Below are positions 27,990-37,507 of a stretch of DNA of 64,000 nucleotides, piece after piece. Within the stretch, counting starts at the first letter, position 1; each line of letters opens with the position of its first letter. The DNA comes from Cyanobacteria bacterium PR.3.49 (GTDB lineage Bacteria > Cyanobacteriota > Vampirovibrionia > Obscuribacterales > Obscuribacteraceae). The position numbers and the translations under genes are program-made. The notes under the pieces are model-generated. The model searched no databases, was not told the origin of the DNA, and saw only the letters and a list, made by a program, of their open reading frames with translations. The stretch covers positions 2,560 to 66,559 of the forward strand of contig PNKB01000003.1 of assembly GCA_013997645.1 (NCBI GenBank), written 5' to 3'.

Positions 27990-29291
27990 TTAAAAAACTT
28001 GCTTGAATGCCCGCGTCATTTTTTCAATCGTCATATCTATATCTTGCTCTGTATGGGCGGCGGAAACACAGGCAGCATCAACAGCGGATGGTGGCAGGTA
28101 AATACCCTGATTTAAGACATGATGGAAGAATTTGGCGAAACGTTCGGCGTCAATGCTTTTTGAATCATCGAAATTGCGTACTGGTTTATCGTTGAAAATA
28201 ATGGCGAACATCGATCCGGCACGTTGCAGTTGTATGGGCAGCGAGCGTTCCTTGACGAGCTGCCCAATTCCTTCGAAAAGCTGAGCTGATCGTGCGTCTA
28301 AAGTTTCATAAACCGTATCTTCGTCCAGCAAACGCAAGACTTCAATGCCACCGGCCATAGTGACGGGGTTTCCTGAGAAAGTTCCAGCCTGATAGACCGC
28401 GCCTATGGGCATCAGGGCATCCATAATGTCACGCCTTCCGCCGTAAGCTCCGATCGGCATGCCGCCGCCCAGCGCTTTTCCGAAAGTCGTGATGTCCGGC
28501 CGAACGCCGTACAATGCTTGCGCACCACCTTTTGCGACACGCAATCCTGTCAGCACTTCATCAAAAATCAAAACGGTCGAGAATTCGTCGCAAAGTTTCC
28601 TGACTCCTTGCAGGAAACCAGGCTCAGGGAGCACAACCCCCATCGAGCCGCACACAGGCTCGATAATCACCGCCGCTGTCGCATCGGCGTGTTTGCGCAA
28701 AGTCGCCTCCAGCCGATTCAAATCATTGAACGGTGTGAGCACTGTTTGTTCTTTTGCAGCCTCGAGCAAACCGGTGCTCGACTGATGTGTTGTGGAACCG
28801 AGCACGCTGTCGCTGTGTCCGTGATATGCACCCTCGAACATGACCACGATGTTTTTGCCGGTGAACCCTCTAGCCAGGCGGATTGCGCTCATCACAGCTT
28901 CGGTGCCGCTGTTGACGAAACGAATTTGTTCTATGCTTGGAAAATGCCGAATCACACTCTTCGCCATTTGCAATTCCAGCAAAGTCGGTGCACCAAATAC
29001 GGCGCCAGCCTCGACTGCATCCTGGCACGCCTTTACGACTGAGGCATGGGAATGCCCTAAAATAGCCGGTCCCCAGGCACCAAGATAATCTATATAAGTG
29101 TTTCCATCGAGATCCGTTAGGATTGAGCCTTGTGCTTTATTGAAGAAAATAGTGTGACCGCCCACTTCGTGAAATGAGCGAAACGGGCTGTTGACGCCGC
29201 CCGGGATTAACTTTGCGATTTCCTCAGAGGCCGACTTCGAGCTTGCGGTATCGAGGGCTTTCTCTGTCCGAGTATCAGCCTTATTCATCAT
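27990..29291 (-). CDS. hemL: glutamate-1-semialdehyde 2,1-aminomutase
   Basis: GGVNSPFRSF, class-III aminotransferase blocks, and the PLP-lysine in TFGKALGGGMP. Confidence 0.95.
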   Translation of the reverse strand: MMNKADTRTEKALDTASSKSASEEIAKLIPGGVNSPFRSFHEVGGHTIFFNKAQGSILTDLDGNTYIDYLGAWGPAILGHSHASVVKACQDAVEAGAVFGAPTLLELQMAKSVIRHFPSIEQIRFVNSGTEAVMSAIRLARGFTGKNIVVMFEGAYHGHSDSVLGSTTHQSSTGLLEAAKEQTVLTPFNDLNRLEATLRKHADATAAVIIEPVCGSMGVVLPEPGFLQGVRKLCDEFSTVLIFDEVLTGLRVAKGGAQALYGVRPDITTFGKALGGGMPIGAYGGRRDIMDALMPIGAVYQAGTFSGNPVTMAGGIEVLRLLDEDTVYETLDARSAQLFEGIGQLVKERSLPIQLQRAGSMFAIIFNDKPVRNFDDSKSIDAERFAKFFHHVLNQGIYLPPSAVDAACVSAAHTEQDIDMTIEKMTRAFKQVF

Positions 29292-29349
29292 TGTGTGTTT
29301 GCGTTCCTGATCTATGCGCTGAGCGCCTCTTTATTGGCGCTCGAGCGTT

Positions 29350-29859
29350 CTAGTCTTTGCGCCAGAACTGCCAAAAGCGTTTTTTGCCGACTTTCACAGG
29401 CTCAGCCTCGGCTTCGGCGCGTTCCAAATCGCTGGGCATTTCCACCTGCACTTTAGTTTTCGCATGGAACGCGACATTTGTGTCTGCGTGTTGCGGGCTG
29501 TAACTGTCAGCATTGATGACCAGGTGATAATTGCCGGGCATCAACTGAAACTTGGGCGTGTGGAAGGTCGCTTCGCTGCCTTTCGAGTCGAAGACTTTTA
29601 TTGTAATTGTGTTGTACGGTCGACTGGTCTGTACTTCCACGTCGCCGACATAGAAATTGGTTGCCGTCCAGACGAAGAAAGTCCCCATCGCGCCGGCGAT
29701 AGGCAGCGCCGTAACCAGAACGGTCAAAATATCCTTCGCACGCGTTGTTTTGCCGGGCTGCGTGGAGAAGATTTTCTCTTCTTCCTCGTATACCCGAGTG
29801 CGTCCCGCGGTGGGCTTTGTTTCCGGGGTGGGCTTGGCTTCTGTTGTCTGTGGACTCAT
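29350..29859 (-). CDS. membrane-anchored hypothetical protein
   Basis: One TM helix (ILTVLVTALPIAGAMGTFFVW) followed by a beta-rich ~90-aa domain. No family recognised. Confidence 0.55.
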   Translation of the reverse strand: MSPQTTEAKPTPETKPTAGRTRVYEEEEKIFSTQPGKTTRAKDILTVLVTALPIAGAMGTFFVWTATNFYVGDVEVQTSRPYNTITIKVFDSKGSEATFHTPKFQLMPGNYHLVINADSYSPQHADTNVAFHAKTKVQVEMPSDLERAEAEAEPVKVGKKRFWQFWRKD

Positions 29860-30003
29860 AAGTAGTATGGACTTCTCTTTTTAAGAGTGATGTCAATATC
29901 GCCATCGGCTGCCAAGCATAATAACAATATCGAGCCCCTCAATCCGAAAGCTTCGTATTTTCTAAGACCCGTCTTTACAAGATAGGCTGCACTTGAGCAG
30001 AAT

Positions 30004-31542
30004 TTAAAAATCGAACTTTCGTTCCAGAACTTTGCTGATTTGCTCGATGGTCTTTCTGTCGGCTGCTGCCAGCGCTTTTTGATTAGTTTTGTCGTAAATC
30101 TCGGCTCTTAATTTGTAGCTTTCGCGAAGTCGCGGTCCAAGCTGGACTGCTTTGTTGGCATCGGCGAGCGCTTCTTTGTATTTTTTTTGCGCCATGAAGG
30201 CTCTGGCGCGTGCGTGCAAAGGTTTCGCCGAGCGCGGCTCGAGAGATATCTGGGTCGTCAAATCGGCGATTTGTTCTTTTCGCCGGCCCAGTGCTCCGTA
30301 ACATTTTGCTCTGGCTGCATAAAATCGAAGCTGAGGAGCTATTTTCATAAGCTTATTGAGGTCTTTCAGTGCTGCTTCATATTGGCCCATCTCGACAAGA
30401 GAGAGCGCGCGAGACCATGTGTTGGTCGCTGATTCTCCCATCATTTTTTCGGCTCGATTGGCATCAGCCACAGCAAGCGCGTATTTTCCTGTGCTTTCGT
30501 AAACCCCTGCACGCAAGGTATAAACAAAACCATCGCCTTCGCCTATAGCCAGTGCCCGGTTGAGTTCGGTGAGAGCTTCGTCCCATTGATCGCCGAATTG
30601 ATGAATTTGAGCTCGCAGTAAGAGTACCGCTCTGCTGAGAAATTCCGGATGTTTGGCTGTATCGAGGCGCTTCTTCATAGGGCTGACTAGGGTGTCGGCG
30701 CCAATTCTCACATCGCTCGAGTGGATGCCGTTGCGCGCTCGATGAAATGCCATCCCTTGCACGCCGATGTTGTGCATGATGACCGCTAATCGCAGCTCGG
30801 CCTGCGCATAGTCTGGATAACGACTCAGACCTAATTGATAAATTTCAATCGCTTGCTTCGGATTTATGCTTTCATAAATGCGCGCCATGTAGAAATAGTA
30901 TTCGGGTATCTTCGAGCCGCGACTTTGCAGCGATTTATAGATGCTCAGCGCCTGAGTCGCATTGCTTCGCACCATGTTTTCGGCAGTGTGCACGTCATTT
31001 GCTTCTTGCTGATTAATCAGTCCGGCAGCTAGATAAACGGACATTACGTGATCGGCAGATTCAATAATGCTTTCGATCGTGTCGGACAGGGTATGCTTTT
31101 GCAGATACGCCAGCCAGGAATCATTCACTGTGTTAGTGCGCAGGAGCGTCTTGCCCAGCAGTTGAATCTGAGCCGCCGGAGCTAGACCGTTAAAACGCTT
31201 TCTGTACTCAGGCAAGCGCGCCAACCCGTCATATAGATCGATAACGGCTGACGTAGAAAGGTCTGTGCCGCCCAGCCGTCCATTCCAATACTGACGCTCT
31301 GCCGGAGTAGCGGCTCGGTTGAGCATCAATGAAAATGCATCGTTGATCAGCTCGGCTGGTGCTTTTCTCTTTGTCTGCGTTTGGGCAAAAACGGCTGATC
31401 TGTTCGACCAGTTGTGAGTATTTGGGTTGTTCGAAAAGGTGTTATCAAGCGCTGCCGGCGCCAGGTCGAGCTGTATCAAAGCGAGCGCGCAAAAACTTGT
31501 TTTTGCCGCCCAGTGAAGCTTATTGCTCGATAATTGCTTCAA
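30004..31542 (-). CDS. secreted TPR-repeat protein
   Basis: Many TPR units in the C-terminal 350 aa. The track start is TTG, overlapping the upstream gene by 23 nt, so the start is uncertain. Confidence 0.78.
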   Translation of the reverse strand: MKQLSSNKLHWAAKTSFCALALIQLDLAPAALDNTFSNNPNTHNWSNRSAVFAQTQTKRKAPAELINDAFSLMLNRAATPAERQYWNGRLGGTDLSTSAVIDLYDGLARLPEYRKRFNGLAPAAQIQLLGKTLLRTNTVNDSWLAYLQKHTLSDTIESIIESADHVMSVYLAAGLINQQEANDVHTAENMVRSNATQALSIYKSLQSRGSKIPEYYFYMARIYESINPKQAIEIYQLGLSRYPDYAQAELRLAVIMHNIGVQGMAFHRARNGIHSSDVRIGADTLVSPMKKRLDTAKHPEFLSRAVLLLRAQIHQFGDQWDEALTELNRALAIGEGDGFVYTLRAGVYESTGKYALAVADANRAEKMMGESATNTWSRALSLVEMGQYEAALKDLNKLMKIAPQLRFYAARAKCYGALGRRKEQIADLTTQISLEPRSAKPLHARARAFMAQKKYKEALADANKAVQLGPRLRESYKLRAEIYDKTNQKALAAADRKTIEQISKVLERKFDF

Positions 31543-33904
31543 CGTTATACGTGCCTTTTTTCAACCTTTGAACGCCTACGACGGCAGAGTTGTTGACGCC
31601 ACCGGATGTGGTGACCACCGTTTCGTTGCCGCGAGAGATACGCAAAACATCAGGCGTGTTGTTGTTCAGTCTGACATTGACACGGCTGTTTGTGCCGAGC
31701 ACTTTCACAACCAGTTTTGACAGATTTTCGCGCCCTGCTTCTTTTGGGTCTTGTTGAACTTCCGCGCCAATCACATCGCATGTCGCGGAATTGCTGCGCA
31801 TGCCGGCATTGCCGACGCACAACGAATGACTGCCGGGTTTGATGTTGGCCGGCAGCAGCGCTTTCAACTGAACGGGGGAGGCGGCGATTATTTTGGCTTC
31901 GTGAAAGCCGTCGATTAAAATACGGTTGTGGTCTGCGTGGCCATCGAAGTTATGTCCTTCGATAATCAACATGGACTTCGGTGTGACAAGCGGCGTGATT
32001 CTGTCAATCTTGGGCATCTGCGGTTCGACGGCTGTCATCAGAGGCTGAAGAATTTCAATGGTATTTGTTGCCAGTTCGGGCCTCGAGGAAAGACTTACAT
32101 TCAGCGAGCGTCCAGGAGTTGCATCTTCCGGCACCATATACAGTGCTTGTCCGCGATGGTCGGTGGCCAGAGAGGCGCCGTTAAAACTGAGTTCTACTGC
32201 GGATTCACCGTTCCTGTCCTTGTCGATGATGGAAGTGGTCATAAACTGACCGGCAACAGCTTTTTCGGGCGCGACAATCGTGGCGCTTAAACTGGCTTGT
32301 CTGGATGAAGGTTGGCTGGCTGGACTTTCCCAAACTGATTGATTGGTCGGTGCCGTCGGAGGCGTGTAAGCCGGACGGCTGATTGTCGCTGTGGTGGTGG
32401 TCACCGAGCTTGTCGTCACCGGGGTGGTCGTTGGTGCGGAAAGGGCAACTTTATTGACCGTGTCGGCCGGCGAACTCCAGACGTTGCGATCGATTTCCGG
32501 CGTCTCTGTCTTTGGTCGCGATGCGGAAACAGGTTTGATCGCTCCTTTATCCACGTCTTCTTTAAAGCTGACTTCGACTCTTGGCGGGCGAGCAACTTTG
32601 GCGCTGTTGGTTTCAGGCTTGCTGCCTTCGCCATCCTTCGCTTTCACTGCCGCGATGGGTGTTTCATCATCCGGCTCAGCACCGCCTTTGAGCGTTTCGT
32701 CCTTCGTCAGCGAACGGTTGGTCGATTCCCTCAAAACCTTGGCCGTCGCTTCGGCAATTGCTTGCGCGGTCATCTGGGCGCGCTCGTCTTGCGCCTTTTG
32801 ATCTTCCTCGGCCTTTTGCGCAAGCATCACTTTGCGGCGCGCTTCGTAGGCGGTCATGTCTCGTTTGTATGCGACGAAGCGATCAGTTGCCAGAATCGGC
32901 AGCGCCGCTAGAGACTTTTTTTTTACGTTTTCCTCACCGGCGGCCGGTGCCGCCTCCGCGCTTGACGGCTCGCTCAAACAGTCGGAGTCGATAGTCGCAG
33001 ATGCCAATTGCCCCAGCCAGAAATTGACATTGGACTGAGTTTGAATATCAAAGCCGGCTTCAATCGGAGAACGTCCCGTGATCACAACTACGAAGTTGCC
33101 GATTTTCTTTCCGTTGGGCGCTGTTTTGTCTTTGCACTTGCCGGCGATAGTCATATTGAGCAAGCCGTTGACACGCTTTGCCCAGACAGCCGTCATCGAG
33201 CCGGTGCCGTCGCCGAAGTTTACTTCTCCGGAGCCCCATGATTCGGGCGTCAGCGATTTGTTGACCTGGCGCTCTTCATCGGCAGAAATAATGCGGTTGA
33301 AAGTAAGGTCAGGGTTTTCCAAGGCGCGCGCCAGAATGATCTGCGCCTGTGCAATCACTGCTTGCTGATTGGGTTCTTCAGTCAATTTTTGAACTTGCTC
33401 TGAATCTCTGAGCGCTTTGGAGAGATCTTTGAGAACACTTATCAGTGACGCGTCCGGAATGAACAGTGGTGCTTTCTCTTCTGCTGCAGCCGCATCTGCT
33501 TTATTTTTCTCGTCAGCGGCTTCTGCGGCTGCTTCTACCTTGGCCGGCTTGGTTGCCGGCTTTGCATCGGCAGTTTCGGTTTTCTTTACGGGAGCCGCAT
33601 CTTCTTTCTTGGCTGTCTCCTTGCTCCTTTTCTTGTCATTTTCCCTAGCGGTCTTCATATCTTTGGCATCTTTAGCTGCTTGAGCTTTCTTCGCATCAGC
33701 CTGTGCTTTGTCGTCCGTTTTTTTTGTGTCGGCCGGCTTTGGATCCTTTTTGAAAAACGGCAGGGCCGCGATTTGCACATTGCCCGATGGCCTGCGGTAA
33801 ACCTTTTGTTTGGCGTCGACCGGCTGTTGCGGCGCGATCAATGAAATCGAAATTGCCAAACACATTGAAAGCGCTGCTGTGCTTTTACTTGTTGTCACGC
33901 TCAT
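31520..33904 (-). CDS. large secreted protein with K/A/E-rich low-complexity region and C-terminal IPT/TIG-like domain
   Basis: Signal peptide MSVTTSKSTAALSMCLAISISLIAP. Low-complexity run AKKAQAAKDAKD. The C-terminal segment LIIEGHNFDG...ILIDGFHEAKIIAASPVQLKALLP is IPT/TIG-like. Confidence 0.7.
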   Translation of the reverse strand: MSVTTSKSTAALSMCLAISISLIAPQQPVDAKQKVYRRPSGNVQIAALPFFKKDPKPADTKKTDDKAQADAKKAQAAKDAKDMKTARENDKKRSKETAKKEDAAPVKKTETADAKPATKPAKVEAAAEAADEKNKADAAAAEEKAPLFIPDASLISVLKDLSKALRDSEQVQKLTEEPNQQAVIAQAQIILARALENPDLTFNRIISADEERQVNKSLTPESWGSGEVNFGDGTGSMTAVWAKRVNGLLNMTIAGKCKDKTAPNGKKIGNFVVVITGRSPIEAGFDIQTQSNVNFWLGQLASATIDSDCLSEPSSAEAAPAAGEENVKKKSLAALPILATDRFVAYKRDMTAYEARRKVMLAQKAEEDQKAQDERAQMTAQAIAEATAKVLRESTNRSLTKDETLKGGAEPDDETPIAAVKAKDGEGSKPETNSAKVARPPRVEVSFKEDVDKGAIKPVSASRPKTETPEIDRNVWSSPADTVNKVALSAPTTTPVTTSSVTTTTATISRPAYTPPTAPTNQSVWESPASQPSSRQASLSATIVAPEKAVAGQFMTTSIIDKDRNGESAVELSFNGASLATDHRGQALYMVPEDATPGRSLNVSLSSRPELATNTIEILQPLMTAVEPQMPKIDRITPLVTPKSMLIIEGHNFDGHADHNRILIDGFHEAKIIAASPVQLKALLPANIKPGSHSLCVGNAGMRSNSATCDVIGAEVQQDPKEAGRENLSKLVVKVLGTNSRVNVRLNNNTPDVLRISRGNETVVTTSGGVNNSAVVGVQRLKKGTYNVEAIIEQ

Positions 33905-33913
33905 CTTGCCCCT

Positions 33914-35926
33914 TTATCTTCCTGTTCCGAAAATGTCTTCGTAGACTCCCAGAGTTTCGCCCGGCGTCAGTCCATAACCGACATAGTGGCCGTCCAGCCA
34001 GATCTCAAAATGCAGGTGGGGATATTTCGCACGACCAGGCAGGTTTTGTCCTGTTCCGGAAACGCCGATGTATCCAATTTTTTCCCCGCGGGTCACGAAT
34101 GCATTATCCTTCAGACCGTTGTTGATTTTATCCAAATGCGCGTACCGCGTCACCATGCGGTTGCCATGATCAATCCATACCTGGCAACCCCTGAAGAGAT
34201 CCTCATTGTGCTCGGAAGTGTTGTGCTCCCTGGCGCACTGGCTCATCACGCGATTGAAAGTGGGGGCGTCCATGTCCTTAAAATTGCGGTCCAACCGGGT
34301 GATTTTTCCGCTTTCAGCTGCAAGTGCCGGCGTGCCCATTACAACTCGGTTGCCCGCGCCATTAAAGAAGTCGACTCCGGCATGGATGCCATAGCGGTAG
34401 AGCCGCCTGGCTCCGGGAAACACTCCCAGGTGGCTGGGCAGGCATCCGCCGGGCACAGGAATGCCAATGCCTTCCAGTCGGTGGTCGATGCGGCGCGGGT
34501 GAATCTCGGCTCCAGCCGCGTCAGCAGTGTCGAGTTTGCGCGTTATCAATGTGTCTCCATTTACAACCACGAAACCATCTTTGATGGGCGCCAGACCCCT
34601 TAAATCGCTTGATTTTGGAAAGACGAAGTGGCTGCTCTGACCGGTCTTTTTGTCGATGCAGATGACGCGGTTGTTTTCCCTCTCGACTATATAAACCGGT
34701 GCACCGGCGGCTGTAATCAAGCGCGAAGGTCTGAGGCGGGCTCGGCCGGACGCACGATAGGGAAACTTCATTTGACGAACAGTGGCGCGCGTATTGCCAC
34801 TGTATTTGGTGAGCGAACCGCCTTTGCGCAAGATGTATGTGAAGCCGTCATAGGCAATACCGATGCCGTCGCCGACGTACTGGTCACCCCGGCGCACCTG
34901 CCATGGCATAACTTCTTTAAAATAAGGACTCAAATATTTGCTGTTGGGTGGACAAACCCAAATTTCATTGCGCTCGGGATCTAAAAGGATAATGTCTTTA
35001 CCGTTAAAAGCCAGGTCGACATAGTCAGGGTCCGGAGAGCCGGTCAGCCAGAGGTTGGCGCGATACTGATGCCAGGCTCCAGTCTCAATGAAATACTCGA
35101 AAAGATCGCCTGCTTTCGAGAGAATTACCAGCGATTTTCTCGGTGCAACGGAAATCATATTATTGAATTCTTGCACTGGAATTTTTTCGATTGCCGCAGG
35201 TGGGTGGCACTTTTTCAAATAAGCATGCCGAGGCTCTTCTGCTGTCGCTTCAACCCATTCCATAACCCAAAGCTGTTTGGGCCCGAGGAAGTAGAACTTG
35301 CCGTTCTGTGATACCACCGCCGATGGCGTCACCGGCTTGCCTGATTCGTCAACCAGAGCGATGGAGGTGCCCTTTTGAGGTTCTGGTTTTGCCGCCGGCT
35401 GCACTGCTGAAGTCGGCTGCTCGTGCGGTTGGGGAACCATTATCGTGTGCGACTGTTGTATATTCGGCTGCTGGTGCGCAGGCTTTTTTGCCGGTTGCGG
35501 TCGCGCCGGCGGTTGATGATGCGGCGCAAAAAAATCTTGCAACGGCTGCAGGAAATTGTGCTGAGGCTGCTGTTGTATAGAATGCTGTTGAACCGGAGCC
35601 GCCTGATGCGCAGATGGCGTCAGTTTGATTTGCGCGTGCGGCTGCAAAATTACGCTGGGTGGAATTTCTGGGCGCCCTGTGCCTGAGATAGGAGTGACAT
35701 CGCCTGGCTGACCTTCGGTTGCATGACCAGCATCCTGTCTTGCCGAAGTTCTTACCGGTTTACCGGCAGCCTGTGCGACAAGCGATGCATCGGTCGTTTC
35801 GCTGCCGTTGACTGAAAGTGTTCTGCAAAAGACAAACCCGACTACAAGGAAAGCTATTCCAGCTACAAACGGGACGCGGCTCTTTCCTGATTCGAGAAGA
35901 CCGGCATCGTTTTTTCTGCGCGTCAT
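33914..35926 (-). CDS. membrane-anchored M23-family metallopeptidase with P/Q-rich linker
   Basis: M23 motifs HAGVDF and PHLHFEIW in the C-terminal domain, an N-terminal TM helix, and a PQ-rich region. Confidence 0.85.
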   Translation of the reverse strand: MTRRKNDAGLLESGKSRVPFVAGIAFLVVGFVFCRTLSVNGSETTDASLVAQAAGKPVRTSARQDAGHATEGQPGDVTPISGTGRPEIPPSVILQPHAQIKLTPSAHQAAPVQQHSIQQQPQHNFLQPLQDFFAPHHQPPARPQPAKKPAHQQPNIQQSHTIMVPQPHEQPTSAVQPAAKPEPQKGTSIALVDESGKPVTPSAVVSQNGKFYFLGPKQLWVMEWVEATAEEPRHAYLKKCHPPAAIEKIPVQEFNNMISVAPRKSLVILSKAGDLFEYFIETGAWHQYRANLWLTGSPDPDYVDLAFNGKDIILLDPERNEIWVCPPNSKYLSPYFKEVMPWQVRRGDQYVGDGIGIAYDGFTYILRKGGSLTKYSGNTRATVRQMKFPYRASGRARLRPSRLITAAGAPVYIVERENNRVICIDKKTGQSSHFVFPKSSDLRGLAPIKDGFVVVNGDTLITRKLDTADAAGAEIHPRRIDHRLEGIGIPVPGGCLPSHLGVFPGARRLYRYGIHAGVDFFNGAGNRVVMGTPALAAESGKITRLDRNFKDMDAPTFNRVMSQCAREHNTSEHNEDLFRGCQVWIDHGNRMVTRYAHLDKINNGLKDNAFVTRGEKIGYIGVSGTGQNLPGRAKYPHLHFEIWLDGHYVGYGLTPGETLGVYEDIFGTGR

Positions 35927-35980
35927 GTGTAGCTGGAAAGACCTGAATCTATGTGCTTAGGTACTTATGTATTTGGCGAA

Positions 35981-37363
35981 TTACCGGGTTTTCGGCGGAG
36001 CGCCGGGCAACACAGCCGAGTCGCTGATAAAGAACTTGTCGCCCACTTTTTCAATTGTGTAATTGACGTTGTAGGTGTCGTCGCCTTCTTTGAGGACTTT
36101 ACCGGTGGTGTCATCGATAAAGCGACGATACTCCTTAACCAGAGCATAGCAAGCATACTTCTTGCCGGGTGTCAGTTCTTGAATTTTGTTGACGATTACG
36201 CCTTTGGAAGTCATTTCATAGTACTTGTGCTGGCTCATCAAGTAATTAATTGCACCGGTTTGCTTTTTCAGCGCTTCACCGGAAAGAACCTCAGCCAGTT
36301 CGCCGGTGGATCTGCTTCTCACTGCAGACTTCTTCACTGTCTGCCAGTTTTTCAATAATTCGGCGAATTGAGCTTTTAAGGGATCCGAGGATGCCGCTGC
36401 AGGCGGTGTTGCCGCGGGAGGTGTCTTCACCGGGGGCGGAGTTTTGACCGGAGGTTTTAAGGGGCTGGTAGTTCGCACTGGTGTGCTTGTTGCTACGCGC
36501 ACCGGAGGCTGCTCCACCGGCTGCGTGTCCGCAACATCGGGGACATCAGTCGAGTGCTCTTTGATTGTTTCCATGGCGGCGTCGCGGCTGGAAACTTTAA
36601 TGACGAGCGCAATTTTGTCTTTCTTGTCTTGCGGCAGTGAGGATAGATCCTCATCCGTCGGCGCTGCGATCAAAACCTGGTACTTGCCGGCGGGCAAGTT
36701 GAGAGGCTTGACGTCTTCTTTTACTACCTCTGCTTTGTTTTTCTCGAGTTCTCGGTTGAAGTCGGAGATTTTGCTGGGCTTGACGCCGAGGGCTTCTAGA
36801 AAATAATCGGTAGTCATCTGCAAATTGATGAAATTGCTTCCGGCATTCGGTTGCTTAACCAGGCAAAGTTCTGCCTCCGTCACCTTTTGATTATCGACTT
36901 TCATTCTCAGGTGATTGTCTTGCGCATCTTTCAGTTCATTCGGACCGCGAGTCGTCGAATTGAAAGGGCCAACACCGGGCCATCCACCGGACTTAACGAA
37001 ATCACTGCCTTTAAAAGCATCGACGGAACAAAGCGGCGTCGAACTGCCGGCGGCAGGCGTGCTCGCCTCAGTATCTTCTGCCGTCTTTGAAAAATCGACA
37101 GAGGGTTTGGCTCCGCTGCTGCCGGAATCGCTGGCACCACCAGTAGTGACTTTAAAATTTGGTGAAGTATCTATGCTGGTTGGATTTTTGCGAGCGGGAG
37201 AACTTTGTTTTGTGCCCTGTCCTTTGGATGCATCTGAATTGTCATTCCAGAGCGCATCAAGCGAACTGTCGTCTTGTTGGGCAAGGGCCGGAACAGCTAG
37301 TGACACGAGCAATTGCGCGGTCAAGATCGAGCGTACGGAAATTCGGCGGGCTCTTTCGTTCAT
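35981..37363 (-). CDS. secreted protein with C-terminal ARC6/Ftn2-type IMS (DUF4101-like) domain
   Basis: Signal peptide and a Pro-rich linker (PPVKTPPPVKTPPAATPPAA). The C-terminus LLKNWQTVKKSAV...LAEVLSGEALK...YYEM...VNYTIEKVGDKFFISDSAVL resembles DUF4101 by eye. Confidence 0.55.
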   Translation of the reverse strand: MNERARRISVRSILTAQLLVSLAVPALAQQDDSSLDALWNDNSDASKGQGTKQSSPARKNPTSIDTSPNFKVTTGGASDSGSSGAKPSVDFSKTAEDTEASTPAAGSSTPLCSVDAFKGSDFVKSGGWPGVGPFNSTTRGPNELKDAQDNHLRMKVDNQKVTEAELCLVKQPNAGSNFINLQMTTDYFLEALGVKPSKISDFNRELEKNKAEVVKEDVKPLNLPAGKYQVLIAAPTDEDLSSLPQDKKDKIALVIKVSSRDAAMETIKEHSTDVPDVADTQPVEQPPVRVATSTPVRTTSPLKPPVKTPPPVKTPPAATPPAAASSDPLKAQFAELLKNWQTVKKSAVRSRSTGELAEVLSGEALKKQTGAINYLMSQHKYYEMTSKGVIVNKIQELTPGKKYACYALVKEYRRFIDDTTGKVLKEGDDTYNVNYTIEKVGDKFFISDSAVLPGAPPKTR

Positions 37364-37507
37364 TAAGGTCTCTCTCGATTAAACTTCAGCATGGATATAC
37401 CGATATTCGGCTATGAAGTTAGCATATACTGCCACGCTTAATAAAGCTCTTTCGTCCAATGTAGCGCTTTTCCAAGCCCTTTGCCGTCCCTGTGACAGAC
37501 CGCAGGA

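Noticed and set aside
32339-32911. 190-aa + strand ORF and neighbours (32391..32801, 33417..33683)
   Set aside because: They are antisense to the 794-aa secreted protein gene. Their Arg/Gly/Cys-rich products arise from the complement of A/K/E/T-rich coding sequence.
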